Source: Bacteroidota bacterium
GTDB taxonomy: Bacteria > Bacteroidota > Bacteroidia > Bacteroidales > FEN-979
Assembly: GCA_037134895.1 (NCBI GenBank)
Contig: JBAXLI010000003.1
Coordinates: 43,937-107,936 of the forward strand
Direction of reading: 5' to 3'
Length of the DNA stretch: 64,000 nucleotides
In this document: positions 18,536-28,652 of the stretch, one piece after another
Layout of the letters: every line of letters begins with the position of its first letter
Numbering within the stretch: position 1 is the first letter of the stretch
The notes under the pieces: model-generated
Databases searched by the model: none
What the model saw: the letters and a program-made list of their open reading frames with translations, nothing else
Told to the model about the DNA's origin: nothing
Translations under genes and position numbers: made by a program

Positions 18536-20185
18536 TTATTTCTTAGGGTACACTTCTTTCCCCGAAATCCAGGTTGAAAGCACCTTGGTTTGCGGGATTT
18601 TCTCAAGGCTTACGTCCATGATATCCTGGTCGAGGATGACAAAATCGGCCTGTTTTCCCGGTTCCAGGCTGCCGGTTTCGGTATCCCAGAAATTTGCCAT
18701 GGCAGCCCAGATAGTAATTGATCTCAGTGCCTCTTCCCTGCTCAATGCGTTTTTCATCAGGAACCCGTTTTCAGGTTTGCCTTGAATGTTTTTTCGTGTA
18801 ACCGCAGCATAGAAAGTCAGCAAGGGCGAGATATTCTCAATCGGGAAGTCCGTACCGTTTGCCAGCCATCCATTCTGGCTGAGCAGATCTTTGTATGCAT
18901 ATGCCCAGGTTGTTCTTTCCTGTCCGAGCCTGTCGGGAGCCCAGGCCATGTCAGATGTTGCGTGAGTCGCCTGCACCGAAGGAATGATTGAAAAATCCCT
19001 GAACTTATGCAGATCCGAAGGATCGACAACCTGGCAATGTTCAATTCTCCACCTCAGGTCATTCGGCTCTTTCAGGTATTCCCCGTATATATCGAGTACA
19101 AGTTTGTTTGCCGAGTCCCCAATGGCATGGGTGTTGACCTGGTAGCCATATTCAAGGCAGATCTTGCAGATCTTTCTGAGAGAATCTGCCGTGATGACCT
19201 GTATTCCATACTGGCAAGGAAAGTCAGCATAAGGCTGTTTCAGCAGGGCAGTCCGGCTTCCAAGACTGCCGTCGGCATACAATTTGACCGAGCTTACATG
19301 AAGCCGCTCGGTTTTATATGGTCCGTTCTTTACGAACTTATCAATATTCTGAATGCTGGGGTCAAGCATGGCATAGACACGGATCATTCCTGCCGAATCG
19401 GGCCCCGAGCCCAGTTCATCAAGAAGATTTACAGTTTCATTATCGAGCCCGGCATCACTGACCATGGTGAGTCCGACGGCAAAACAGCTTTCCCTTGCCC
19501 TTTCAAGCAAAGAGAGTTGTTCATCCATCTCTGGTTTAGGTATGGTATTCCGCATATGGTCGGCAGCTCGTTCGCTAAGAATTCCGGTCAACCGGCCGTT
19601 CTTAACATCAACCTCACCGGGATTGAATGAATTCACAGGTTCAATTCCTGCTTTCTTTAAGGCGGATTTGTTTGCCAGGACCACATGGCCGTCTACCCTT
19701 GTAAGTACCACCGGGTTTTCGGGATACAGCACATCGAGTTTGCAGCTATTGGGAAAGATTTTGACAGTCCAGAGGTTCTGATCCCATCCGCGGCCTACTA
19801 TCCAGTCCCCCGGTTTGTATTTCCCCGACTCCTTTATCCGCAGTAATACCTCATCAAATGAAGAACAGCCATTAAGCATGACATATCTCAGGTTCAGGGC
19901 ATATCCGTAAAAATGACAGTGGGCGTCGATAAAGCCGGGATAAACTGGTTTTTGGCCTGCATCTATGATTTTGCCGGCTATGAAATGCTCCATAATATCC
20001 TTCTGAGAGCCGGTAGCGATAACTTTTCCGGAGCTGACTGCCATTGCACCGGCGACACTCAGGACTGAATCAACGGTATGTATCCTTGCATTAAGCAGGA
20101 TGAAATCTGCTTTTGTTTTATTCATACTGCATGAATTGATCAGGAAAAAGAAGGGGACGCTGAGTGTTAGTAACTTTATTTTCAT
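18536..20185 (-). CDS. Amidohydrolase 3 (YtcJ-like), probable lipoprotein
   Basis: PGFIDAHCH, VKLYADGSLGSRTA, HAIGD, RIEHCQ, GTDFP, GSLEPGKQADFV. Lipobox-like LINSC if started at ATG 20185. Confidence 0.92.
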   Translation of the reverse strand: MKIKLLTLSVPFFFLINSCSMNKTKADFILLNARIHTVDSVLSVAGAMAVSSGKVIATGSQKDIMEHFIAGKIIDAGQKPVYPGFIDAHCHFYGYALNLRYVMLNGCSSFDEVLLRIKESGKYKPGDWIVGRGWDQNLWTVKIFPNSCKLDVLYPENPVVLTRVDGHVVLANKSALKKAGIEPVNSFNPGEVDVKNGRLTGILSERAADHMRNTIPKPEMDEQLSLLERARESCFAVGLTMVSDAGLDNETVNLLDELGSGPDSAGMIRVYAMLDPSIQNIDKFVKNGPYKTERLHVSSVKLYADGSLGSRTALLKQPYADFPCQYGIQVITADSLRKICKICLEYGYQVNTHAIGDSANKLVLDIYGEYLKEPNDLRWRIEHCQVVDPSDLHKFRDFSIIPSVQATHATSDMAWAPDRLGQERTTWAYAYKDLLSQNGWLANGTDFPIENISPLLTFYAAVTRKNIQGKPENGFLMKNALSREEALRSITIWAAMANFWDTETGSLEPGKQADFVILDQDIMDVSLEKIPQTKVLSTWISGKEVYPKK

Positions 20186-20216
20186 GGGCCAAGCGACTGA
20201 ATATGACAATACTTTT

Positions 20217-20277
20217 CAAATGTAGAAAACAATTTTTTTTAAAACTTGACTTTTATACAAATGATTTCATATTTTTG
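20217..20277. promoter_or_regulatory. Divergent Bacteroidota promoters
   Basis: Minus strand TACATTTG (20217-20224) toward the amidohydrolase; plus strand TATTTTTG (20270-20277) toward ORF 20302. Confidence 0.5.
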
Positions 20278-20301
20278 TAACATATTAAACACGATATATT
20301 A

Positions 20302-20862
20302 ATGCTATATAAATCTATTACACCTAGATTTATTGTTGTTTTTTCAGTAATTATTACTGCAGCCCTGTTACGGTTGCTGCCGCATTGGCCGAACTTTACA
20401 CCGATTGCGGCTATGGCTTTGTTTGCAGGTACCTATTTTGACAGAAAGCAATTTGCTTTCGCCATTCCGATCACCGCGATGTTCATCAGTGATCTCATTA
20501 TAGGTCTTCACGCCAACATGCCTGCCGTTTATCTTAGTTTTGCCATTACGGTTGTTCTGGGTATGGCTATCCGGAAGAAAGTTACAGTGGGATCGGTTCT
20601 CACAGCCTCAATTGCATCGGCTGTGATCTTTTTCCTGATCACGAACTTTTCTTCATGGCTGGCTATGAGTATCTACCCCAAAAATTTCCTTGGCCTGATC
20701 GAATGCTATATCGCCGGCCTCGCGTTTTTCAGGGATACTACTTATGGTTTTTCATTTTTCATGAATGACATTCTCGGGACAACATTTTTCAGCGCCGTAT
20801 TCTACGGAGCCTTCTATCTGGTTCAGATGAGGTTCCCCGTACTGGACAGGTCAAGGTTTTAA
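20302..20862 (+). CDS. DUF6580-like integral membrane protein (putative vitamin-transporter S-component-like)
   Basis: RLLPHWPNFTPIAAMALFAG, FFLITNF, CYIAGLAFF; about 6 TM helices. Confidence 0.75.
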   Translation: MLYKSITPRFIVVFSVIITAALLRLLPHWPNFTPIAAMALFAGTYFDRKQFAFAIPITAMFISDLIIGLHANMPAVYLSFAITVVLGMAIRKKVTVGSVLTASIASAVIFFLITNFSSWLAMSIYPKNFLGLIECYIAGLAFFRDTTYGFSFFMNDILGTTFFSAVFYGAFYLVQMRFPVLDRSRF

Positions 20863-21239
20863 CCAAACATCTCCTCTTCACGTTCGAGGAGCAAAATGGA
20901 ATTCTGAGACACAATAAAGTACTTTTCGTCATTGAAAATTATTTCAATGGCCCCTTTCTGTAGAAAAATTGCCAGATCGCCTTCCTTCGCCTGAAGAGGG
21001 ATGTATTTGATTTTTTCATCATTCTTTTTCCAGCTTTCATTCACATCGTCTGAAGGCATGAGGATTGGATAACCCGGGCCGATTTTCACGACAAAACCAG
21101 TTTGTATTTCTTCCTTTTCCTGGTAACCCGGGGGCAGGAATAGTCCGGCTTTTGTCTTGTTCGATATCTTCTTTGGTTTGATCAGTACCCTGTCACCTAC
21201 CACTATCAGTTTCTTCAACTTAACATCGGCTTCATTCAT
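20859..21239 (-). CDS. GroES/Cpn10-family co-chaperone paralogue
   Basis: GDRVLIKP, KTKAGLFLP, GFVVKIGPG, PLQAKEGD; no groEL adjacent. Confidence 0.85.
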   Translation of the reverse strand: MNEADVKLKKLIVVGDRVLIKPKKISNKTKAGLFLPPGYQEKEEIQTGFVVKIGPGYPILMPSDDVNESWKKNDEKIKYIPLQAKEGDLAIFLQKGAIEIIFNDEKYFIVSQNSILLLEREEEMFG

Positions 21240-21258
21240 ATGTTGATAATTAATCGAT

Positions 21259-21316
21259 CAAAGGTAGTCTTTCGTTGGGAAATCGAATTCTGCCCACAGA
21301 AAAAATGGTATTTTTG
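21259..21316. promoter_or_regulatory. Divergent -7 boxes for groES-like gene and mutL
   Basis: Minus strand TACCTTTG (21259-21266); plus strand TATTTTTG (21309-21316). Confidence 0.5.
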
Positions 21317-21356
21317 CATTTGAAATCCTTATTGCTTTTCTCTTTAGCCTTTACCT

Positions 21357-23216
21357 ATGCAGGATATCATCAGGATGCTGCCTGATTCAGTCGCCAACCA
21401 GATCGCTGCCGGTGAGGTTGTTCAGCGCCCGGCATCGGCCCTTAAGGAATTACTGGAAAACACAATCGATGCCGGTTCAACCGAGATCAAGGTGGTTATA
21501 AGAGATGCCGGAAAGACCCTGATCCAGGTTATCGACAACGGGTGCGGGATGTCGGAACATGACGCCCGGATGTGTTTCGAAAGGCATGCCACCTCTAAGA
21601 TACAGACTGCACATGACCTGCTGACCATCAGGACGCTCGGGTTCAGAGGAGAAGCCCTTGCCTCCATAGCATCTGTTGCCCAGGTAGAGCTCAGGACAAA
21701 ACGGGTGGAGGATGAACTCGGGACCCAGGTAGTCATCGAAGGCACTGAAATAAAAGTCCATGGTCCTGTAAGTGCGCCAAACGGAACCAGTATCCAGGTC
21801 AAAAACCTTTTTTTTAACGTACCCGCCCGTAGAAATTTTCTAAAATCAAATACTTCGGAACTGAAGTTCTGCATGGAGGAATTCTTCAGGATAGCCATGG
21901 TCCATCCCGATATTGCTTTCACTCTTTACAACCAGGATAAGATATTGTTCCAGCTTCCGCCCGCCAACTTAAGGCAGCGTATAATCGCACTCTTCGGAAC
22001 TTCATATAACCAGCGCCTGATTCCGGTGGAGGCGAACACAGTGATGGTGAACATCAGCGGGTTTATAGGCAAACCCGAATTCGCCAAAAAAACCAGGGGA
22101 GAACAGTACTTTTTTGCAAACGGAAGGTTTATCCGCAATCCTTACCTTCATCATGCAGTGGAGGCTGCCTTCCAGGAACTTATCCCGAAGGATGCCTTCC
22201 CAACCTACTTCCTTTTTCTGGAAATGGACCCTGCCAATATCGATGTCAATATCCATCCGACAAAAACAGAAGTCAACTTCACCGACAGCAAGAGCATTTA
22301 CGCCATACTGCAGGCAGCGGTAAGGCAGTCGATCGGCAAATACAACCTCACGACTGTACTGGACTTCGAGGTTGAGCAAAGCATGGAGGTACCTCCCCTC
22401 AAACCCGGACAGGTAGTAAACCAGCCCCAGATCAGGATCAATCCCGATTACAACCCCTTTGAGAAGAAAACCGAATTTCAGCCCAGCCTCAGGTTTGAAA
22501 ACCCGGGAAGACCCTCTTCCTCACCTTTCGGAAATGAGCACCAGAGATTCCAGGCCGAACCTAAAGGGGTCATACCGCCAGCTCCCCTGTCCCACCTGAT
22601 CGATAACCTGAAAGAGGAAAAAACCGAAGAACTCGGGCTGGAGTTTACAGCCCCGGCCAAGCCCTTGTTCCAGGTTGCAAACTCATATATTGTCAAGGAA
22701 ACCGATAATGGCCTGCTTTTCATTGACCAGCAATCTGCGCATGAAAGAATTTTGTTCGAGAAGCTAATGGAGTCTAGTTTGGAAGTGAAGAACCTGAGAT
22801 CCGTTATCATACCTTCAAAACTTTCATTTTCACCAGACGATGCAATCCTTCTTAATGAATTGCTGAACGATTTCCTGATCCTTGGCTTTGAACTTTCAGG
22901 CTTCGGCAATAACGATTTCATTCTTCAGTCGGTGCCTGCCGATCTCGGTCATACCGATCTCAAAGGAGCCATTGAACAAGTTCTTGAATCATTCAAAAAT
23001 GAATTGCCTGCAAAGTCTGTTTTAAAGCAACAGATGATTGCACGAACTATGGCCAGAAGCGCTGCGGTGAAAAGAGGGAGCATCCTGAACCGGGAGGAGA
23101 TGGAATCTATTCACAATAAGCTGATGACCTGCAACATGCCTGAGCTTTCTCCGTTCTCAAAGCCAATCATGTTTGTTCTTCCCTTGGACGATATCCACAA
23201 AAAATTCAAAAACTAA
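21357..23216 (+). CDS. mutL: DNA mismatch repair protein MutL
   Basis: NQIAAGEVVQRPAS, GFRGEALASI, DVNIHPTKTEV, C-terminal DQQSAHERI. Confidence 0.97.
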   Translation: MQDIIRMLPDSVANQIAAGEVVQRPASALKELLENTIDAGSTEIKVVIRDAGKTLIQVIDNGCGMSEHDARMCFERHATSKIQTAHDLLTIRTLGFRGEALASIASVAQVELRTKRVEDELGTQVVIEGTEIKVHGPVSAPNGTSIQVKNLFFNVPARRNFLKSNTSELKFCMEEFFRIAMVHPDIAFTLYNQDKILFQLPPANLRQRIIALFGTSYNQRLIPVEANTVMVNISGFIGKPEFAKKTRGEQYFFANGRFIRNPYLHHAVEAAFQELIPKDAFPTYFLFLEMDPANIDVNIHPTKTEVNFTDSKSIYAILQAAVRQSIGKYNLTTVLDFEVEQSMEVPPLKPGQVVNQPQIRINPDYNPFEKKTEFQPSLRFENPGRPSSSPFGNEHQRFQAEPKGVIPPAPLSHLIDNLKEEKTEELGLEFTAPAKPLFQVANSYIVKETDNGLLFIDQQSAHERILFEKLMESSLEVKNLRSVIIPSKLSFSPDDAILLNELLNDFLILGFELSGFGNNDFILQSVPADLGHTDLKGAIEQVLESFKNELPAKSVLKQQMIARTMARSAAVKRGSILNREEMESIHNKLMTCNMPELSPFSKPIMFVLPLDDIHKKFKN

Positions 23217-23225
23217 ACCAAGCAT

Positions 23226-24056
23226 ATGAGCTATTCGCAATATAGTCCGTCAGGATTCAAGCTGCTTCCCCTGGTTGTAAAAAACCTGCTTATCATAAAC
23301 ATCCTTTGTTATGTTGCCACAGTCTCGCTTGAAAGCACTTTCAGGATAGACATGAGTAACCTTTTCGGGCTTCATTACTTCAAGTCGGATCTTTTCAGGA
23401 CCTACCAGTTTGTGACCTATATGTTTTTTCATGCCGACATCCAGCATATTGTATATAATATGTTTGCCTTGTGGATGTTCGGTTACCTGCTCGAAAACGT
23501 ATGGGGGCCCAAACGATTTCTCACATACTACATGATAACAGGAATTGGCGCAGCTGTTATTCAGACCGCTGTAAATTACTGGCATATTTCGGGCTATGAA
23601 GCAGCAGCCCTGGCCTATTCAGTTGCTCCCACCCCCGACGCTTTCGTGACATTCGTGAAATCCTGTCCGCCCAGGTCACAGGAACTTCTTGATAATATGA
23701 ACACCATGTTATCACAATGGTCCTCCTCGGTCGGGGATGTACATTACCAGAGACAATCGGTTGTATACGCTTATGAACTGATCAAACAGCAGATGGATAT
23801 TGCAACCATCGGCGCTTCCGGCGCAGTATACGGAATCCTCCTGGCCTTCGGGATGATGTTCCCGAACATGCTCATTTTCATTTACTTTTTATTCCCTATT
23901 AAGGCAAAATGGCTTGTAATTGCCTACGGTGCCATCGAGGTCTTTCTTGGCATTTCGAATAATCCCAGCGACAATGTGGCACATTTTGCTCATCTCGGAG
24001 GAATGGTCTTTGGATTTTTCCTTATTTTGTACTGGAAACGAAAAGGAAGCTATTAG
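23226..24056 (+). CDS. Rhomboid intramembrane serine protease
   Basis: HIVYNMFALWMFG, GASGAVYG catalytic Ser, AHFAHLGG catalytic His. Confidence 0.92.
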   Translation: MSYSQYSPSGFKLLPLVVKNLLIINILCYVATVSLESTFRIDMSNLFGLHYFKSDLFRTYQFVTYMFFHADIQHIVYNMFALWMFGYLLENVWGPKRFLTYYMITGIGAAVIQTAVNYWHISGYEAAALAYSVAPTPDAFVTFVKSCPPRSQELLDNMNTMLSQWSSSVGDVHYQRQSVVYAYELIKQQMDIATIGASGAVYGILLAFGMMFPNMLIFIYFLFPIKAKWLVIAYGAIEVFLGISNNPSDNVAHFAHLGGMVFGFFLILYWKRKGSY

Positions 24057-24061
24057 AGCAT

Positions 24062-24970
24062 ATGTATACAACCCAGCCGAACGCAGCGGATAACCTGAAA
24101 AGATTTTTCAGGGAGGGTTCAGCCCTGGCTAACCTGATTATTTTCAATATAGCCGTATGGGTCCTTGTACAAGCGTTCAGGATCATCTTCTTTCTTTATA
24201 ACCAACCCGATGCCGCTATTGCCACTACCGCGATCATCAGGATATTCGGTGTTCCTGCCTCACTGCCTTCCCTGCTGAACAAACCCTGGACGCTAATCAC
24301 ATATATGTTCCTGCATATCGATGTGTGGCATGTGCTTTTCAATATGCTTTGGCTGTACTGGTTCGGTAAGATTTTCGTTGAATTCATGGGAAATAAAAAG
24401 CTTGTTCTTGTTTATTTTCTTGGCGGTATTTCAGGGGCTCTGGTGTATATTCTTGCGTTTAATTTTTTTCCGGTATTCTCAGCTGCACTGCCTCAGTCTT
24501 ATGCCCTGGGGGCTTCTGCTTCGGTCATGGCAATTGTTACGGCTGCCGCTTTCAAAGTGCCGGATTATACCGTTTATCTTTTGTTTTTCGGAAGGATCCG
24601 CATCATTTATATGGCGATCGCCTTGTTTGTTTTTGATTTTTTCATGATTCCTACCGGAAATGCAGGCGGACACATTGCTCATATCGGAGGAGCTATGTTC
24701 GGCTTTCTATACATACAATTATTCGCAAACGCAGGCAGCCGATGGTTTGACTGGCAACACTCCGGCCGTTCAAGGTTCAGGGGTACAACAAGCTGGAATG
24801 AGACTTATGAAAATCCGCGTCGTCCGGTAAGTGACGAGGATTACAATGTCAGCAAAATTCAAAAACAAAAGAAAATGGATGATATCCTCGACAAGATTTC
24901 AAAGGGAGGATATGACAGCCTGACAAAAGAGGAGAAGGAATTCCTCTTCAAATCATCAGGTAAACGCTGA
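24062..24970 (+). CDS. Rhomboid intramembrane serine protease with DUF6576-like C-terminal tail
   Basis: HVLFNMLWLYWFG, GASASV, HIAHIGG; tail DDILDKISKGGYDSLTKEEKEFLF. Confidence 0.92.
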   Translation: MYTTQPNAADNLKRFFREGSALANLIIFNIAVWVLVQAFRIIFFLYNQPDAAIATTAIIRIFGVPASLPSLLNKPWTLITYMFLHIDVWHVLFNMLWLYWFGKIFVEFMGNKKLVLVYFLGGISGALVYILAFNFFPVFSAALPQSYALGASASVMAIVTAAAFKVPDYTVYLLFFGRIRIIYMAIALFVFDFFMIPTGNAGGHIAHIGGAMFGFLYIQLFANAGSRWFDWQHSGRSRFRGTTSWNETYENPRRPVSDEDYNVSKIQKQKKMDDILDKISKGGYDSLTKEEKEFLFKSSGKR

Positions 24971-24974
24971 TGAC

Positions 24975-26108
24975 ATGGCAGGAAAGTCAGTCAGGAATAA
25001 AAAAAGAGGCTGGTTCAGGATTCTTGTCCTGATCCTTAACTGCTTTGCTGTCGCAGCTCTGCTTTGCTCCTATGCAGCCGCATATATTAGTCCCGAAGAA
25101 GCCTGGGTCCTTGCTTTTTTCGGGATTGCCTATCCCGTGATCCTGATCATTAACCTCCTGTTCGTGCTGCTCTGGCTCCTACTCTGGGACAAATTTATTT
25201 ATTTATCCCTTCTGACAGTACTTTTAGGCGCAGGAAAGGTTTCGGGGATAATACCCTTTCATTTAAATCCTGAGAAAGCCGGGGTAAAACCCACCCTGAG
25301 GATATTGACCTATAACGTCCACAGCCTTTACGGTAACCAGCCGAATAATGTGCTGCCTGAAGCCCGGAGCCAGGTGACAGATTTTTTATCGATGGAAAAA
25401 GCGGATATTGTTTGTGTTCAGGAGTTTTATGCAATCGGTGAGGAGTATATGAAAACCCTGCATAAATTCTCTGGCTCAATCAGTCTCGGGTACTATTATT
25501 TTAAGAATTACAGGGACTTCTGGCAAAAGACAAAGATTAATGCCATTGCCACATTTTCGAGGTATCCGATAGTGGATGAAGGATTTTTCAGGCTGGAGGA
25601 TAAGAGTACTTTCGGAATTTTTACTGATATCGCTATAAACGGAGATACCATCAGGGTTTATAACCTGCATCTCGAATCGATTCGGCTTGGAAACGATGAT
25701 TATTCGTTTTATTCCCAGCTTACCGATCCTGCCTCAGACGATAAAAATTTCACCAAAGGTTCGAGAAAACTGATCTGGAAGCTGAAAAAGGCATTTATTT
25801 TAAGAGCCCGCCAGGTAGAGATACTCTCGGCCCACATGAAATACAGCCCTTACCCTGTGCTGATCTGCGGGGATTTCAATGACACCCCTTCTTCCTTTAC
25901 CTACAGGACATTATCCAGAGGAAAAAGTGACGCATTTGTGCAGGCAGGCAAAGAGTGGATCGGGAGCACATATGCCGGTCGTTTTCCGGCTTTCAGGATC
26001 GATTATATGCTGTATGATGACTTCTTTACCGCGGTTTCTTATCAGAAAAAGGAAGTTAATCTTTCAGACCATTACCCGGTCATTGCTCAATTCGTTTTTA
26101 AACACTGA
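24975..26108 (+). CDS. Endonuclease/exonuclease/phosphatase (EEP) family membrane protein
   Basis: N-terminal TMs, LTYNV, DIVCVQE, NLHLES, GDFND, RIDY, SDHYP. Confidence 0.9.
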   Translation: MAGKSVRNKKRGWFRILVLILNCFAVAALLCSYAAAYISPEEAWVLAFFGIAYPVILIINLLFVLLWLLLWDKFIYLSLLTVLLGAGKVSGIIPFHLNPEKAGVKPTLRILTYNVHSLYGNQPNNVLPEARSQVTDFLSMEKADIVCVQEFYAIGEEYMKTLHKFSGSISLGYYYFKNYRDFWQKTKINAIATFSRYPIVDEGFFRLEDKSTFGIFTDIAINGDTIRVYNLHLESIRLGNDDYSFYSQLTDPASDDKNFTKGSRKLIWKLKKAFILRARQVEILSAHMKYSPYPVLICGDFNDTPSSFTYRTLSRGKSDAFVQAGKEWIGSTYAGRFPAFRIDYMLYDDFFTAVSYQKKEVNLSDHYPVIAQFVFKH

Positions 26109-26110
26109 TT

Positions 26111-28132
26111 ATGGAGTTCAGGCTTACTACCGAATTTGTGCCTACGGGCGATCAGCCGGAAGCGATCAGAGAACTTGTGGAGGGTCTCAGCCGGGGTGAC
26201 CAGGCCCAGGTGCTGGCCGGGGTGACGGGATCTGGCAAGACCTTTACAATTGCGAACGTGATTCAGAAAATTCAGAGGCCGACCCTTGTTCTGAGCCATA
26301 ATAAAACTCTGGCAGCGCAGTTGTACGGGGAATTCAAGGAATTCTTCCCCGAAAATTCGGTTGAATTTTTCGTTTCCTATTATGATTATTATCAGCCCGA
26401 AGCCTACCTGCCTGTAACCAACACATATATTGAGAAAGACCTTTCAATCAATGCTGAGATCGAGAAACTCCGGCTTAGCGCTTCCTCCTCCCTGTTGTCG
26501 GGCAGGCGCGATGTGATCGTCGTTTCCTCGGTTTCCTGTATTTACGGAATTGGAAATCCGGATGATTTTACAGGAAATATTGTCAAACTCAGGCTTGGCG
26601 AACTGGTAAGCAGGAACGGACTTCTCATGAAATTCGTGAATAGCCTGTATTCAAGGACTGAAGCTGAATTCACAAGGGGAAAGTTCAGGGTTAAGGGTGA
26701 TGTGGTGGATATTTTTCCAGCCTATCTTGACTTCGCTTACAGGATCATTTTCTGGGGGGATGAGGTTGAGAAGATTGAATCGTTTGACCCTGTTTCGGGA
26801 AGGACATTTGAGCATCTGGAATTCATACAGATTTATCCCGCGAATATCTTTGTCACTTCCCAGGATAAGATGCGTGAAGCACTTACCGAGATACAGGATG
26901 ACTTGTTCAAACAGGTGGAATACTTCAGGAATGAAGGAAAAGCCCTGGAGGCAAAACGGCTGGAGGACAGGGTCACCTATGATATGGAAATGATGCGTGA
27001 GTTGGGGTATTGTTCTGGGATAGAGAATTACTCGAGGTATTTTGACGGAAGGGTGCAAGGTTCAAGGCCTTATTGTTTGCTGGATTTTTTTCCGGATGAC
27101 TTCCTGATGGTGATCGACGAAAGCCATGTCACCGTTCCCCAGATCAGGGCCATGTACGGAGGGGACCGTTCGAGAAAACAGACCCTGGTTGAATACGGGT
27201 TCAGGCTGCCTTCGGCAATGGATAACCGCCCTTTGAAATTTGATGAATTCGATGCCCTTGTCGGGCAAACAATTTTCGTAAGTGCCACACCTGCTGATTT
27301 TGAGCTCCAGAAAGCAGAAGGCGTAGTTGTGGAGCAGGTCATCCGCCCCACAGGATTACTCGATCCTATCGTTGAAGTCAGGCCCAGCCTTAACCAGATC
27401 GACGATCTCCTCGATGAGATCGACAAACGCGTGAAGATCAGCGAAAGAGTACTTGTGACGACCCTGACCAAAAGGATGGCTGAAGAGCTTAACAAATATT
27501 TTCTAAAGCTTAACCTGAAGTCGCGGTATATCCATTCTGATGTTGATACGATGGACCGGGTTGATATCCTTCAGGAACTCAGATCGGGTGTTGTGGATGT
27601 ACTGATCGGGGTCAACCTTCTCAGGGAAGGGCTTGACCTGCCCGAAGTCTCGCTGGTAGCTATTCTGGATGCCGATAAGGAAGGATTCCTAAGGTCGGAA
27701 CGAAGCCTGACCCAGACCGCCGGAAGGGCTGCAAGAAACATCAACAGCAGGGTTCTTCTGTATGCTGATAAGGTTACTGATTCGATGAAGAGGATGATCT
27801 CTGAAGCAAACCGCAGACGGGAGAAACAGTCTGCTTATAATGAAAAGCATAACATCACCCCCACTCAGATCTCAAAGGATATGAGAAAGGTTTTCGACCT
27901 CAGGGGCAGTGAAGTCAGGGGTCAGGACGGGGGCAGGCCATATGTCGAAAAAGAAAATCTTGATCATGCCGCAGACCCGCTTATAGCTTACCTGCCCCAG
28001 GATAAGATTCAAAAATTGATTAGGGAAACAGCCAAAGCAATGGAAGAAGCAGTCAAACAGCTTGATTTTCTTGAGGCTGCAAGATTGAGAGATGAACTTA
28101 CCTCTTTAAGAAAGGCACTTCCAGCGACCTGA
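26111..28132 (+). CDS. uvrB: Excinuclease ABC subunit B
   Basis: PTGDQPEAI, GVTGSGKT, YYDYYQPEAY, DESH, C-terminal FLEAARLRD UVR domain. Confidence 0.98.
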   Translation: MEFRLTTEFVPTGDQPEAIRELVEGLSRGDQAQVLAGVTGSGKTFTIANVIQKIQRPTLVLSHNKTLAAQLYGEFKEFFPENSVEFFVSYYDYYQPEAYLPVTNTYIEKDLSINAEIEKLRLSASSSLLSGRRDVIVVSSVSCIYGIGNPDDFTGNIVKLRLGELVSRNGLLMKFVNSLYSRTEAEFTRGKFRVKGDVVDIFPAYLDFAYRIIFWGDEVEKIESFDPVSGRTFEHLEFIQIYPANIFVTSQDKMREALTEIQDDLFKQVEYFRNEGKALEAKRLEDRVTYDMEMMRELGYCSGIENYSRYFDGRVQGSRPYCLLDFFPDDFLMVIDESHVTVPQIRAMYGGDRSRKQTLVEYGFRLPSAMDNRPLKFDEFDALVGQTIFVSATPADFELQKAEGVVVEQVIRPTGLLDPIVEVRPSLNQIDDLLDEIDKRVKISERVLVTTLTKRMAEELNKYFLKLNLKSRYIHSDVDTMDRVDILQELRSGVVDVLIGVNLLREGLDLPEVSLVAILDADKEGFLRSERSLTQTAGRAARNINSRVLLYADKVTDSMKRMISEANRRREKQSAYNEKHNITPTQISKDMRKVFDLRGSEVRGQDGGRPYVEKENLDHAADPLIAYLPQDKIQKLIRETAKAMEEAVKQLDFLEAARLRDELTSLRKALPAT

Positions 28133-28217
28133 AATCAGTAAACAGCCGCCATCAGTCTTCTTAATAACTTTCGTTTTATTGTTAATATCTATTTTACTAG
28201 GAAGGAGCAAATTCGAA

Positions 28218-28225
28218 TATATTTG
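28218..28225 (+). promoter_or_regulatory. Candidate -7 promoter box of the polysaccharide operon
   Basis: TATATTTG 20 nt upstream of ATG 28246, overlapped by inverted repeat AGCAAAT...ATTTGCT (28206-28227). Confidence 0.5.
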
Positions 28226-28245
28226 CTTACCAAAATTGTATCTGA

Positions 28246-28647
28246 ATGAAAAGAAAGGTACTCGCAATAGATGATGAAAAGAGTATCCGGTTCATCATAG
28301 AAAATACATTAAATAAGGAATTCGAAGTTACGACCCTGAGTAACGGGATGGATGCCTTGTATTATATCCAGTCGGGAAACCTTCCGGATGTTATCATTTG
28401 TGATGTTGAAATGCCTGTAATGAATGGGTTTGAATTTATCAAGCGTATTCGTGAAAGTGGCTTTTTTGATGAAATACCCCTGATCATGTTGTCGGGGAAA
28501 GAAGAAAGTGCCGATAAAATCAAATGTTTTGAAATGGGGGCAGACGACTATGTGGTAAAACCGTTCAACCCAAAGGAACTCATGGTAAGGATCAAGCGCC
28601 GTATTGAAACATCAGTAGCCTTTTCAGGCAGCCGAAGGAGCCAGTAA
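28246..28647 (+). CDS. Single-domain response regulator (receiver only)
   Basis: AIDDE, DVIICDVEMP (phospho-Asp), MLSG, DDYVVKPF; no output domain. Confidence 0.93.
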   Translation: MKRKVLAIDDEKSIRFIIENTLNKEFEVTTLSNGMDALYYIQSGNLPDVIICDVEMPVMNGFEFIKRIRESGFFDEIPLIMLSGKEESADKIKCFEMGADDYVVKPFNPKELMVRIKRRIETSVAFSGSRRSQ

Positions 28648-28652
28648 ACCCG

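Noticed and set aside
20210-20301. Cobalamin riboswitch upstream of the DUF6580-like gene
   Set aside because: The gap is short, very AT-rich and lacks the B12-box or GGGAA core.
20859-21239. GroES-like gene without groEL
   Set aside because: Stand-alone GroES paralogues are widespread in Bacteroidota.
22720-23216. MutL C-terminal metal-binding motifs look degenerate (DQQSAHER; SPFSKP in place of CPHGRP)
   Set aside because: Divergence of these motifs is, to my recollection, usual in Bacteroidota MutL, so it is not specific to this window.
21357-28132. mutL-rhomboid-rhomboid-EEP-uvrB as a novel repair/proteolysis system
   Set aside because: mutL with tandem rhomboids and an EEP gene is a common Bacteroidota arrangement of housekeeping genes.
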